In this document: positions 42,886 to 52,139 of the stretch, piece by piece | How the letters are laid out: each line of letters begins with the position of its first letter | Position numbering within the stretch: the first letter of the stretch is position 1 | NCBI GenBank assembly: GCA_035947555.1 | Contig: DASZJZ010000081.1 | Span: 1-61,531, forward strand | Source of the DNA: Thermoleophilaceae bacterium | GTDB lineage: Bacteria; Actinomycetota; Thermoleophilia; Solirubrobacterales; Thermoleophilaceae | Reading direction: 5' to 3' | Length of the DNA: 61,531 nucleotides | Notes under the pieces: generated by a model | The model's input: only the letters and a program-made list of their open reading frames with translations | Told to the model about the DNA's origin: nothing | Databases searched by the model: none | Program-made: the position numbers and the translations under genes

Positions 42886-45800
42886 TTAGGTGGGGCCCCC
42901 GACGGAAAGCGAAGCGAGGGTGCGCTCCTCCGGCCAGGAGCACAGCGCGGCGCGGCCGGGGCAGGTGGCGCACAGCTCGGCATGCGGCTCGGCGGTTGGC
43001 TCGAAGCGCCCCTCCACCACCCCGCGGGCCAGCTCGAGCAGCTCGGCCTCGAGCCCGTCCGCGTCGGATTTCTCGTAGGCCGCCGCGGCGGGCCGGTCGG
43101 GCTGCTCCAGGTAGCAGTGCACGACCTCGACCCGGTTTGCGCCGCCGCGCAGGCCGGCAAGGGCGTACACGAGGCGCTGGGTGGAGTAGGCCTGCGCGGT
43201 CAGCTCGGCGGGGGCGTGCCCGTTGAGGGCGTCGCTCTTGTAGTCGACGACGAGGAGGCGGTCGCCGTCCTCGGCGGCGTGCACGTCGACGACGCCGTTC
43301 ACGAGCAGGCTTCGTCCGCCGGCCCCGGGGGGCTCGAGCGTGTAGGCGAAGGGCAGCTCGGTGCGCACGCGGCGGGCGCGGGCGATGCGTTCGCGCAGGG
43401 GCGAGGTGACGAAGCGCTCGACCATGTCGCGCAGGTCGGCGATCTGGTCGGCGCCCAGGGTGGAGCCGTGACTCTCGGCAAGCGCGCCGACGTCGGCCTC
43501 GGAGGGCACGCGCGGGCGGCGGAAGTCGAGCCGCTCGAGGAGCTGGTGGACGAGGGTGCCGCGGAAGAGCGGATCGATGGCGGGGTCCGCGGGCTGCTCC
43601 GCGGCGAGCAGCTCGTCGGGGGTCGGGTGTTCCGGAGGCTCGGAGGCGGATGCGTCCGCCTGCGGGCGGGCGGCGAAGGGTGGGTCCACCGGCGGTAGGC
43701 CGAGCGCCTTCTCCAAGTAGAACCGGTACGAGCAGCGACGGTAAGCCTCGAGGCCCGTGTACGACAGGCGGCTGACTGGGAGGGCACGCGGGGCAGGCAG
43801 GGCAGCAAGCTCGAGCTCCGGCTGCCGCACGCCGCCCGGCTGCTCCGGCTCGACGCGGGCGGGGGCGCGGTCCTCGGCCGGCAGGAGCTCATCGACGTTC
43901 GCAGAGGTCAGTCGGTGCCAGCGGACGCGCACCCGGCGGCCTTCACGGTCGTCCTCGTGGATGCCAGTGGGCTGACTCGCGTCCGCCGCCGACGGGCAGA
44001 AGCCGCGCAGCATCCAGCGCATCGGCTCCTTCAGCTCGTCCGTCTCCGGCAGCGTCTCCAGGTCGACCGCTCCGCTCAGCACCACGTGCCGCTGGGCCCG
44101 CGTTACCGCGACATAGAAGATCCGCTTCTCCTCGGCCTCGCCCGCGGTCTTCTGCTCGGCCTTGATCCGCTCGAGCTTCGCGCTGTCCACGCTGCCGCCG
44201 CCGATCGACGCCAGCCGCAGGCCGAGGCTCCCGTCGTCGGAGATGCGCAGCGAGCCGTCGTCCTCGCGGCCGTCCTTGCCGAGGTCGGCCACGCAGACGA
44301 CGGGGAACTCGAGCCCCTTTGCCCGGTGCACGGTCATCAGCCGCACTGCGTTGAGCGCCTCGGCCTCGAGCGGGGCCTCGCCCTCGCGGGACTGCAGCAC
44401 GTCCCGCTCGGCCAGGGCGTCGATGAAGCCGCGCAGGTCGCGGCCCTCGTCGGCCTCGTAGTCGCGCGCCATCCGCATGAGCTTGCGCACGTTGGCCATC
44501 CGCCGTGTGCCGGCCGGCAGCGACAGGATGTGCGCGTCGTAGCCGGTCCTGGTGACCGCCCGGTCGATCAGGGTCTCGAGCGAGACCTGCGGGGCGCTGC
44601 GCCGCTCCTCCTCGAAGAGGGCGACGAAGGAGGCCGCCCGGCGGCGGTCGGCGGCCGGGAGGACGTCTGAGAGAGGTGGGGCGCCCGCGTCCGCCCCGCC
44701 GAACGCTTCGCGAAGGAGCCACCAGGGGTCCCTGCCGGTCCGCTTGGCCTCGAGCCCGATCAGCGCCACGGCGTCCAGCGACAGCCCCGCAAGCGGCGAA
44801 GCGAGCACGCTATAGACCGCCAGCTCGTCCAGCGGGTTGGCCAGCGCGCTCAGCCAATGGCGCAGGTCCGCCACCTGCTGCTGCGACCAGTAGCCCCGCC
44901 CGCCCACCACGTGCGTCGGGATCCCCCGCTCCTCGAGCGCCCGCTCGTAGTGGACCATGTGGGTGGTCGCGCGCAGCAGCAGCACCACGTCGCGCCACTC
45001 GAAGCCGCCGTCGCGGACGATCTCCTCCACCCGCCGCGCCAGCAGGCGCGCCTCGGCCGCGCGCCAGGGGGTGGCGGCGCGCATCGCCTGGCCGAACGGG
45101 TCGTCGGTGCCGAGCGCCTCCTCCCAGCGCTTCTTGTGCCGGTCAGTGACGAGCAGCTCCACGCACGGCTCGAGTGCCGGCGTCCCGTCGCGCGCCCCGG
45201 GCGCCTCGCGCAGCGGCTCGAAGTCGTCCCACGTGCGCTCGAAGCAGAGGTCGATCGCGTCGAGCACCTCGCCGCGGCTGCGGAAGTTGACCGTGATGCT
45301 CTCCGCGCGCCCCTCGGCCGCGGCGCTCGCCCAGTGGCCGCGGAAAACCTCGACATCGGCGTGGCGGAAGCCGTAGATCGACTGCCGCTCGTCGCCGACG
45401 CGGAACAGGTTGTCGCGGCCGAGCAGCTCGAGCAGCTCGTTCTGGAGCGGGTTGGTGTCCTGGAACTCGTCCACGAGCACGTGGACGAAGCGGCCCGCGT
45501 ACTGCTCCCGCAGCCCGGCGTGCCGGGCCAGCAGGTCGCGCGCGATCAGCTCGAGGTCCTCGAAGTCGAGCCCCGACCGCCTGCGTTTGCCCTCCTCGTA
45601 GCGCTCTCCGTAGAGGTCGAGGAGCACGCGCAGCATCGTGTGGTCGAGGTACTCGCGCCGGGCGGTGCAGAGCGCCGTGTAGCCGGTCAGGGCGTCGCGA
45701 TACTCCTCGCAGGCCGCGCTGCACAGCGCCTTGGAGCGTGGGGCGAAGGAGAGACCCTCGAGGTCGGAGGGCTCAGCAAGCGGGTCGCCGGAGGGCTCGG

Positions 45801-46524
45801 CGCCTCGGCCGAGCGCGCGCGCAGAAGGCTGGACAGCGAAGCGGTCTAGGAGCGACAGGCACCGCTCGACCGCGGTCATCGCCGTCGTGACGGAGGGCGA
45901 GGCGGCCGCGCCGGTGAGCTCCGCCAGCGCCGCCCGGGCGGCCGCCTCCAGCCGCAAGCGCTCGCCGCCCATGGCCGGAGGCTGCGCCTCCTCCAGCGCC
46001 GGCCGCCGCTCCCCCCGGCTGCGCAGCCGCTGGTGCGCCGTCCGGACCATGTCGCGCAGGCGGTCGGGCGTGTAGGCCGCCACCATCTCGAGCCGCTGGG
46101 CGTCCTCGCCCTCTCCCATGAAGGCGCCGAGCGCGCTGTCGAACGCGTCCACCGCCACCCGCTCAGCCTCGAGCTCGTCGAGCACGCGAAACTCCGGGTC
46201 GATCCCGGCGCTCAACGCGTGCGCCCGCAAGACGCGCGAGCAGAAGCCGTGGATCGTCGAGATCCACGCGCCCTCCGCGGCGCGCGCCTCGTCGCGGCGG
46301 CCGAGCTCCATGAAACGCGCCCGCACGCGCGACTTCATCTCGGCGGCCGCCTTCTCCGTGAAGGTGATCGCCAGGATGCCCTCGACCGGGGCGCCGTCCT
46401 CGACCACCGCCTGCACGAAGCGCTCCACCAGCACGGTCGTCTTCCCCGTGCCGGCGCCCGCCCGCACCATCAGCGAGCGGTCCCGGCGAGCGACGGCCCG
46501 CTCCTGCTCCGGCGTCAGGCTCAC
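42886..46524 (-). CDS. addA: ATP-dependent helicase/nuclease subunit A (UvrD/Rep-type motor plus C-terminal PD-(D/E)XK nuclease)
   Basis: GTG 46524 overlaps the addB stop (GTGA). LTPEQERAV...VRAGAGTGKTTVLVERF (Walker A), VLVDEFQDTN, TVHRAKGLEF. C-terminal nuclease region GVVDVHA...VVDYKSD and Cys cluster CATCPGRAALC. Confidence 0.85.
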   Translation of the reverse strand: MSLTPEQERAVARRDRSLMVRAGAGTGKTTVLVERFVQAVVEDGAPVEGILAITFTEKAAAEMKSRVRARFMELGRRDEARAAEGAWISTIHGFCSRVLRAHALSAGIDPEFRVLDELEAERVAVDAFDSALGAFMGEGEDAQRLEMVAAYTPDRLRDMVRTAHQRLRSRGERRPALEEAQPPAMGGERLRLEAAARAALAELTGAAASPSVTTAMTAVERCLSLLDRFAVQPSARALGRGAEPSGDPLAEPSDLEGLSFAPRSKALCSAACEEYRDALTGYTALCTARREYLDHTMLRVLLDLYGERYEEGKRRRSGLDFEDLELIARDLLARHAGLREQYAGRFVHVLVDEFQDTNPLQNELLELLGRDNLFRVGDERQSIYGFRHADVEVFRGHWASAAAEGRAESITVNFRSRGEVLDAIDLCFERTWDDFEPLREAPGARDGTPALEPCVELLVTDRHKKRWEEALGTDDPFGQAMRAATPWRAAEARLLARRVEEIVRDGGFEWRDVVLLLRATTHMVHYERALEERGIPTHVVGGRGYWSQQQVADLRHWLSALANPLDELAVYSVLASPLAGLSLDAVALIGLEAKRTGRDPWWLLREAFGGADAGAPPLSDVLPAADRRRAASFVALFEEERRSAPQVSLETLIDRAVTRTGYDAHILSLPAGTRRMANVRKLMRMARDYEADEGRDLRGFIDALAERDVLQSREGEAPLEAEALNAVRLMTVHRAKGLEFPVVCVADLGKDGREDDGSLRISDDGSLGLRLASIGGGSVDSAKLERIKAEQKTAGEAEEKRIFYVAVTRAQRHVVLSGAVDLETLPETDELKEPMRWMLRGFCPSAADASQPTGIHEDDREGRRVRVRWHRLTSANVDELLPAEDRAPARVEPEQPGGVRQPELELAALPAPRALPVSRLSYTGLEAYRRCSYRFYLEKALGLPPVDPPFAARPQADASASEPPEHPTPDELLAAEQPADPAIDPLFRGTLVHQLLERLDFRRPRVPSEADVGALAESHGSTLGADQIADLRDMVERFVTSPLRERIARARRVRTELPFAYTLEPPGAGGRSLLVNGVVDVHAAEDGDRLLVVDYKSDALNGHAPAELTAQAYSTQRLVYALAGLRGGANRVEVVHCYLEQPDRPAAAAYEKSDADGLEAELLELARGVVEGRFEPTAEPHAELCATCPGRAALCSWPEERTLASLSVGGPT

Positions 46525-49490
46525 GACTCGCTCCGGCACACCGACGGGTACATGCAGCCGCCGTTCCAGGCGCACGACTCAGGGTTGCAGCGCAGCTCGC
46601 CGCGCCGCATCGCCGCGTCCGTCTCGCGGATCCGGACCAGCGCCCAGTCGAGCTTCTCGCGGAACTCCTGCGGCGGCAGCCGGTCCGTCTTCACGAAGCC
46701 GGACCCGAGCTCGTCCACGTCCGCCGCCACCATCCCCCGCGGGCGCGGTGCGCGCTCGCCCAGCGCCACATACACGCCCCCGGCGGCCCGCAGCCCGAGC
46801 AGCCGCTCCACCACGAGCATGTAGAGCGCGGCCTGGAAGCGGTTCTCCGGCTCCCAGCTCGCGACCTTGTAGCGGTCCACCCGCTTCCCGGTCTTGTAGT
46901 CGAGCACCAGCGCCATGCCGTCGTTCGTGTCCACGCGATCGATCCGCCCGCGCACCCGAACGCCGTCCGCCACCTCGACCGGCTCCTCGATCCCGAAGTG
47001 CAGCTCGAGGTGCTCCGGCTCGAACTCGCTGTCAGCCTCGGCCTCGCGGCGCAGCCAGCGCAGCAGGTCGAACTCGAGCCGCCGCGCTGCCGCCCGGACC
47101 CTGGTCTGCTTCGGAGAGATGCGGAACAGCGACTGGCGCTCGCGCAGCTCCTCCAGCAGGATGCGCTCGGCCTGGGCGAGGTTGGCCGGCGTCACGCGGC
47201 GGTCCCCGGTCTGCTCGCGCAGGCGCCGGTAGGTGTGCTCGAGCACCGAGTGGGCGTACTCGCCGCGGACCATCGCCTCTGGGTCCGGCGCCAGCGCCTC
47301 GGGGCGCAGCAGGTCCTCCACGAGCCACTTCACCGGGCAGTCGGCGAAGCGCTCCAGCGCGCCGGCCGACACCGCCTGGCGCGCCGCCAGCCGCTCGAGC
47401 AGCGGCTCGGCGCTGAGCGGGCCCGCGGTCGCCTCCTCGCGGCGCGCTCCCGCTGCGGCCAGGGCTCGCTCGAGCTCGGCCGCCGTGGGCGCCTCCTCGG
47501 GCGGCCAGGTGACCTCCGACAGCGACCGCGTGCGCACCTCGGCGCCGGGCGCCAGGAGGTCGCGCACGTCCTCGACGAAGAACGACTCGGCCTGCGGGTT
47601 GCCCTCCTCGTCGCTCGTGCGCGACGACAGCACGAGCAGCCGCTCGGCGCGCGAGCAGCAGGTGTAGAAGAGGAAGCGCTCCCGCTCGAGCCGATCCTCG
47701 TGCACGGGAAGCCGCAGGCCGCCGGCGATGGCGATCGCACGGCGGTCCTCGTCCGGCAGGAACGGCTCGGGCGACGCTCCGCGCGGGAACTCGCCCTCCT
47801 GCAGCCCGCAGACGAACACCGCCTCGAAGCGCCGCGCCCGGATCGCCTCGGGCTGCGCCACCTGCACGCGGTCGGGCTGTGGCGGCTCGCCCAGGTGCAC
47901 CTCGAGCTCCTCGAGCACGCTGAGCACGCGCTCGGGGTCGAGCCTCGTACGGCGATCGGCCTCGACGACGGCGGCCAGCTCCTGGAGCGCCCGGCGGGCG
48001 GCGGTGAAGACGCGTGGATCCTCGAGCTCGGGGCCGCGCAGCACCGCGGCACGGCGCCGGTAGGGGCCGGCGAAGAGGCGGGCGAGCTGGCGCTCGAGCT
48101 CGGCGAGGAAGTCAGTCGGGCGGCGAGCCGCGGCGAGGCGCTCGAGGTCGTGGAGCTTCCAGTGCTCGGCCTCCCAGGCGGCTCGCGCCTGCGCCGCCGA
48201 GTGCGCGCCCTCCTGACGGAGACGGGCCTCGAGCCGGTCGGCCAGCCCCGGCTGCCGCAGCAGCCCGGGCGTACGAAGCCAGGCGAGGAGGTCGTCGGCC
48301 CCGGCGTCGTCGCGAGCGGCGCAGCGGACCACCGCCAACAGCCCGCGACCGAGTCCGGTGTGGCCGAGCTTCACGCGCCGGTCGATCGAGAACGGGATGC
48401 CGTAGGCGCCGAAAACCTGCTCGAGCAGCGAGGCGTACTCCTCCGGCCGCCGGAACACCACGGCCACGTCGCCCGGCTCCACGCCGGCGCGGAGCAGCTC
48501 CAGCACGCGCACGCCCACGAGCTCGACCTCGGCCCGCCGGCCGCCGGCGGAGTGGAACGAAATCGCCGCGCCCGCGTCCACGCGATCGCCGCCCTCCCCG
48601 AACAGCTCGCGCTCGCCGGCCTCGCCGGCCATCTCCCGTTCCCCGGGCGCACCGAACAGGTTCCGCTCGAGGTGGTGCAGGGCGGGCCGCGAGGCGGGCG
48701 CGTAGTGGTCGTCGAGCGGCGGTAGGCGCTTCTCGGCGGCGCCCTTCGCGAGCAGGTCCCCGCGGACGGTCGCCACCGCCTTGAACGCTGCCCTTTCGGC
48801 CTCCCACGGGAGCGAGACCGTCACGTCGGCGTGGCAGTGGTTGGCGATCGTGTCGAGCGCGTCGAGCTGGAGGGCGTCGAAGTCGTCGAAGCCGTAGACG
48901 AACAACGGCGCGCCCTCCCACCGGGCCGGCTCGTTGCGCAGCGCGTCGAGGCTGGCCCAGGCGAGCGCCTCGGCGTCGAGCAGCCGGGCCGCGTCGAGCC
49001 CGTCGTGGTAGCCGCGGTAGATCGCGACCAGATCGTCGGCGTAGGGGCGGCGGGGGCCGTCGCCGGCCCAGCGCCGCACGGCGCGTGCGAAGCGGCCGGG
49101 GTCGAGGGCCGCGTCGCGGTCGTAGCGGCGGACCTCCGCGACGAACCGGGCCGCGGCCTTCACGAAGCCCGGTTGGGCGGCCGACTCGGCGAGCACCTGC
49201 AGCCGGGCGCGGCGCACGGCCGCCTCCACGATCAGCTCGCGCTGAACCTCCGAGGCGGGCCGCTCCGACCGGCCGGCCCGCGCGGCGATCTCGCGGAAGA
49301 GCCAGTCGAAGCGGAGCACGCGCGCGCCGAACACGGCGCCCCGCTCGGCGAGCTCGCGCTGGGCGTGCTCCACGTCCTGGAAGGCGGGGACCACCAAGAT
49401 GGGCTCCTGCTCGAGCCGGGCCCGGAGCCCGCCCAGCACCTCACCCGCCTTGGCGGCGTTGGCGGGGCCGGTTACGAGGGTGAGCGCCAC
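46521..49490 (-). CDS. addB: helicase/nuclease subunit B (AddB-like, degenerate ATPase, PD-(D/E)XK nuclease with Fe-S Cys cluster)
   Basis: 989 aa. N-terminal LVTGPANAAKAG (degenerate P-loop), RIDRVD...LVLDYKTGK nuclease motif, upstream Cys (FADCPVKW) plus C-terminal CNPESCAWNGGCMYPSVC. Confidence 0.8.
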   Translation of the reverse strand: MALTLVTGPANAAKAGEVLGGLRARLEQEPILVVPAFQDVEHAQRELAERGAVFGARVLRFDWLFREIAARAGRSERPASEVQRELIVEAAVRRARLQVLAESAAQPGFVKAAARFVAEVRRYDRDAALDPGRFARAVRRWAGDGPRRPYADDLVAIYRGYHDGLDAARLLDAEALAWASLDALRNEPARWEGAPLFVYGFDDFDALQLDALDTIANHCHADVTVSLPWEAERAAFKAVATVRGDLLAKGAAEKRLPPLDDHYAPASRPALHHLERNLFGAPGEREMAGEAGERELFGEGGDRVDAGAAISFHSAGGRRAEVELVGVRVLELLRAGVEPGDVAVVFRRPEEYASLLEQVFGAYGIPFSIDRRVKLGHTGLGRGLLAVVRCAARDDAGADDLLAWLRTPGLLRQPGLADRLEARLRQEGAHSAAQARAAWEAEHWKLHDLERLAAARRPTDFLAELERQLARLFAGPYRRRAAVLRGPELEDPRVFTAARRALQELAAVVEADRRTRLDPERVLSVLEELEVHLGEPPQPDRVQVAQPEAIRARRFEAVFVCGLQEGEFPRGASPEPFLPDEDRRAIAIAGGLRLPVHEDRLERERFLFYTCCSRAERLLVLSSRTSDEEGNPQAESFFVEDVRDLLAPGAEVRTRSLSEVTWPPEEAPTAAELERALAAAGARREEATAGPLSAEPLLERLAARQAVSAGALERFADCPVKWLVEDLLRPEALAPDPEAMVRGEYAHSVLEHTYRRLREQTGDRRVTPANLAQAERILLEELRERQSLFRISPKQTRVRAAARRLEFDLLRWLRREAEADSEFEPEHLELHFGIEEPVEVADGVRVRGRIDRVDTNDGMALVLDYKTGKRVDRYKVASWEPENRFQAALYMLVVERLLGLRAAGGVYVALGERAPRPRGMVAADVDELGSGFVKTDRLPPQEFREKLDWALVRIRETDAAMRRGELRCNPESCAWNGGCMYPSVCRSES

Positions 49491-49503
49491 CCAGAGAGTG
49501 TCG

Positions 49504-50199
49504 CTACTCGGCCGGACCGCCTGACACGAGCACTCCCTTCCGGGCCGCCTCGGCCAACGCCTGCGTGAAGCGGGCGGGCGGAAGCAGCACCGGCGCCTCC
49601 TGGAGCTCCCAGCCCCGGTTGGGCCGATCGATCCAGCGCGCGACCCGGATGCGATGCCCGTCGAGGCGCTCCACGCGCAGCTCGTCGCGCAGCTCGCCGG
49701 AGCGGCCGGGGCTGGAACCGAAGGCGCCGGGCTGGGCTGGCAGGCCGCCCTCGCCGGGGGCGGTGGGCTCCGCGGGAGCGCCGCCGTCGCCGCCGCCCTC
49801 GGGAGCTCCTACCTCGGTGGCGCCTGCGCCAGCTGACACGGGCAGCAGCTCCTTCACCGCCGCCTCCGCCAGCAGCCCCGGCGCGTCAGCCGCGTCCAGC
49901 ACCGGCGCCGCCCGCTCGATCTGGCCGCCGCGCCAGCTCGCCATCCGCAGCCCGCCGGGCACCCGCTCCAGCCGGACCTCCGCCCCGTCGTACGGCCCTG
50001 CGGAGACGAACGGCCCGCGCGAGGCCCGCGCAGCACCCGGCGCGGGCGCCGCGGACCGGCGCCCGGCGCCGCTCCTCGAGCGCGCCCCGGAAGACGAGCT
50101 CGGCCGTCGGGTGGCCGACCGGGACGGGTCGAGCACCGTGCCCTTCGAGCAGATCGGGCACTCGGCGAAGAAGCGGTTGTGACGGCAGAAGGTGGGCAC
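49504..50199 (-). CDS. hypothetical protein with N-terminal CHCC zinc-knuckle-like motif
   Basis: GTG 50199. VPTFCRHNRFFAECPICSKG, then an S/R/A-rich linker, then a globular C-terminal part (...ELRVERLDGHRIRVARWIDRPNRGWELQEAP...). Its stop is 14 nt upstream of the addB start. Confidence 0.55.
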   Translation of the reverse strand: MPTFCRHNRFFAECPICSKGTVLDPSRSATRRPSSSSGARSRSGAGRRSAAPAPGAARASRGPFVSAGPYDGAEVRLERVPGGLRMASWRGGQIERAAPVLDAADAPGLLAEAAVKELLPVSAGAGATEVGAPEGGGDGGAPAEPTAPGEGGLPAQPGAFGSSPGRSGELRDELRVERLDGHRIRVARWIDRPNRGWELQEAPVLLPPARFTQALAEAARKGVLVSGGPAE

Positions 50200-50210
50200 C
50201 GGGCCGCAGA

Positions 50211-51014
50211 TTACGCGTGGGCCTGCCGGGCCGCCAAGATCCGCCGGATCGCCATCGCGTTTTCCTCTGGGCTGTTGATGACGCCGTCCGAGACCGGCTG
50301 GAGCCTCGCCTCGGGCAGGCTCCGCCGGACGATCTCGAGCGACCCCTGGAACCAGGCGTTGCCGGGGTAGTGGAGGTACCAGAGCCGGTCGCCGACCGCG
50401 CGCCCGGCGCCGTACGAGTCGTCCTCCACCCACGAGCGGATCCGCGGCACGCCGACCTCGGCCGGGCTGTGCGCCTCCATGGCGTCGAGCCGCTCGCGCA
50501 GCGCCCGCTCGTGCCAGTCGGCCTCGCCGCTCGACGCCATCATCGTGCGGAGCCCCGCGCGGTAGTCGGTGGCGAGCAGCCCCAGCAGGGCGTCGAGTAC
50601 GGCCGGGGAGTTGGCGAGGGCGTCCTGGGAGCCGACGTCGCCGACCCGTCCGAGCGGAAACTCACCCGACACCACGACGGTATGGATCAGATCGGGGCGG
50701 TCGGCGGCCGCCCGCACGGCGCGCCTGGCGCCGTCGCCGAGAGCGACCACGAGCGCGTCGCCGCCGCCCTCCTCCATCAGCGCCGTAAGGTCGGCGGCGT
50801 CGGTCTCGATGTCATAGGGACCGACACGGCTCGACGCCCCGGTGCCGCGCAGGTCGTAGCCCAGCACCCGGTGGTCGCGCGCAAGCTCCCCCACGAGCGG
50901 CGCGCAGACGCTCGGGGGATGCAGCGCCATCAGCGTTATGGCCACCAGTGGGCCTTCCTCGCCCTCGACCCACCACTCGATCTCGGCCCCGTCCGGCCGG
51001 CGCAGTCGCGGCAT
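50211..51014 (-). CDS. alpha/beta hydrolase-like protein
   Basis: ATG 51014 (MPRLRRPDGAEIEWWVEGEEGPLV...GYDLRGTGAS...). Only the last 267 aa of the 1051-aa track ORF are protein-like. Confidence 0.65.
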   Translation of the reverse strand: MPRLRRPDGAEIEWWVEGEEGPLVAITLMALHPPSVCAPLVGELARDHRVLGYDLRGTGASSRVGPYDIETDAADLTALMEEGGGDALVVALGDGARRAVRAAADRPDLIHTVVVSGEFPLGRVGDVGSQDALANSPAVLDALLGLLATDYRAGLRTMMASSGEADWHERALRERLDAMEAHSPAEVGVPRIRSWVEDDSYGAGRAVGDRLWYLHYPGNAWFQGSLEIVRRSLPEARLQPVSDGVINSPEENAMAIRRILAARQAHA

Positions 51015-51053
51015 CGGGATCGATGGTACGCACGAATCGTCACCATCCCCTCC

Positions 51054-52139
51054 ATGCGGACGGCGCTGATCTCCGACCTCCACCTGGGCGCGGTCGGCGG
51101 CGCCGACGTCGCCCGGCGCCCGGACGCCCTCGAGCGCCTCGCCGAGGAGCTCGCGCCGGCGGACCGGATCGTGCTGCTCGGGGACGTGCTCGAGATGCGC
51201 GAGCGGCCCCTGGCGGATCTGCTCGACGTGACCCGGCCCGTGTTCGACCGCCTCGCCGAGGTGGCCGCCGGCAAGCGCGTGATCGTGATGCCCGGCAACC
51301 ACGACCACGGCCTGGCGGAGCCCTGGCTCGCGCGCGAGCGGCTCGCCGGCCGCCCCCTCGCCCCCGAGAACGAGTGGCCGGTCGAGGCCGGGGATCGTGA
51401 CGGGCCGGCCGGCTGGATCGCCTCGCGGCTGGCGGGGGCAGAGGTGACGCTCGCCTACCCCGGACTCCGCCTGCGCCCGGACGTCTACGCCACCCACGGC
51501 CACTACCTCGACCTGCACCTCACCGTGCCGCGGCTCGAGTCGCTCGCGGCTTCGGCCATGGCGCGCGTGACCGGCCGCGGCAGCGATCCGCGGTCCGCCG
51601 CCGACTACGAGGCCGTGATGGCGCCGCTCTACGCGTTCTACGACAACCTCGCGCAGGGCGCGCCCGGCGCGACGCTGGAGCGCGGCGGGCGGATGTCGCG
51701 CAACGTCTGGAGGCTCGCGGCCGGCGACGGCGGCGTCGCCCGCTTCCTGCTCGGGCGGATCACGATCCCGGGCGCAGTGGCCGCGCTCAACCGGCTCGGC
51801 TTCGGCCCGTTCAAGCCCGAGCTCACGGGCGACGAGCTGCGCCGCGCGGGCCTGCTGGCGATGGGCCGCGTGGCCGAGACGCTGTCGCCCGGGGTCGAGC
51901 ACCTCCTCTTCGGCCACACCCACCGGCCCGGTCCGGTGCCGGACGACGACGTGGCCGAGTGGACGTCGCTGTCCGGCACGCGAATGTGGAACGCCGGGAG
52001 CTGGTACATCGAGCCGGCCTTCATCTCGGACCGCGCCGAGCGCAGCCCTTACTGGCCCGGTACGGTCGTCTGGATCGAGGGGGAGGGGCCGCCGCGGGTC
52101 GAGAACGCCCTGCGGGGCTATGCGGCCGCGAGCGTGTAG
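51054..52139 (+). CDS. metallophosphoesterase
   Basis: ATG 51054. ISDLHLG, VLLGDVLE, MPGNHDH, ATHGHY, LFGHTHRPG (calcineurin-like phosphoesterase motifs). Confidence 0.8.
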   Translation: MRTALISDLHLGAVGGADVARRPDALERLAEELAPADRIVLLGDVLEMRERPLADLLDVTRPVFDRLAEVAAGKRVIVMPGNHDHGLAEPWLARERLAGRPLAPENEWPVEAGDRDGPAGWIASRLAGAEVTLAYPGLRLRPDVYATHGHYLDLHLTVPRLESLAASAMARVTGRGSDPRSAADYEAVMAPLYAFYDNLAQGAPGATLERGGRMSRNVWRLAAGDGGVARFLLGRITIPGAVAALNRLGFGPFKPELTGDELRRAGLLAMGRVAETLSPGVEHLLFGHTHRPGPVPDDDVAEWTSLSGTRMWNAGSWYIEPAFISDRAERSPYWPGTVVWIEGEGPPRVENALRGYAAASV

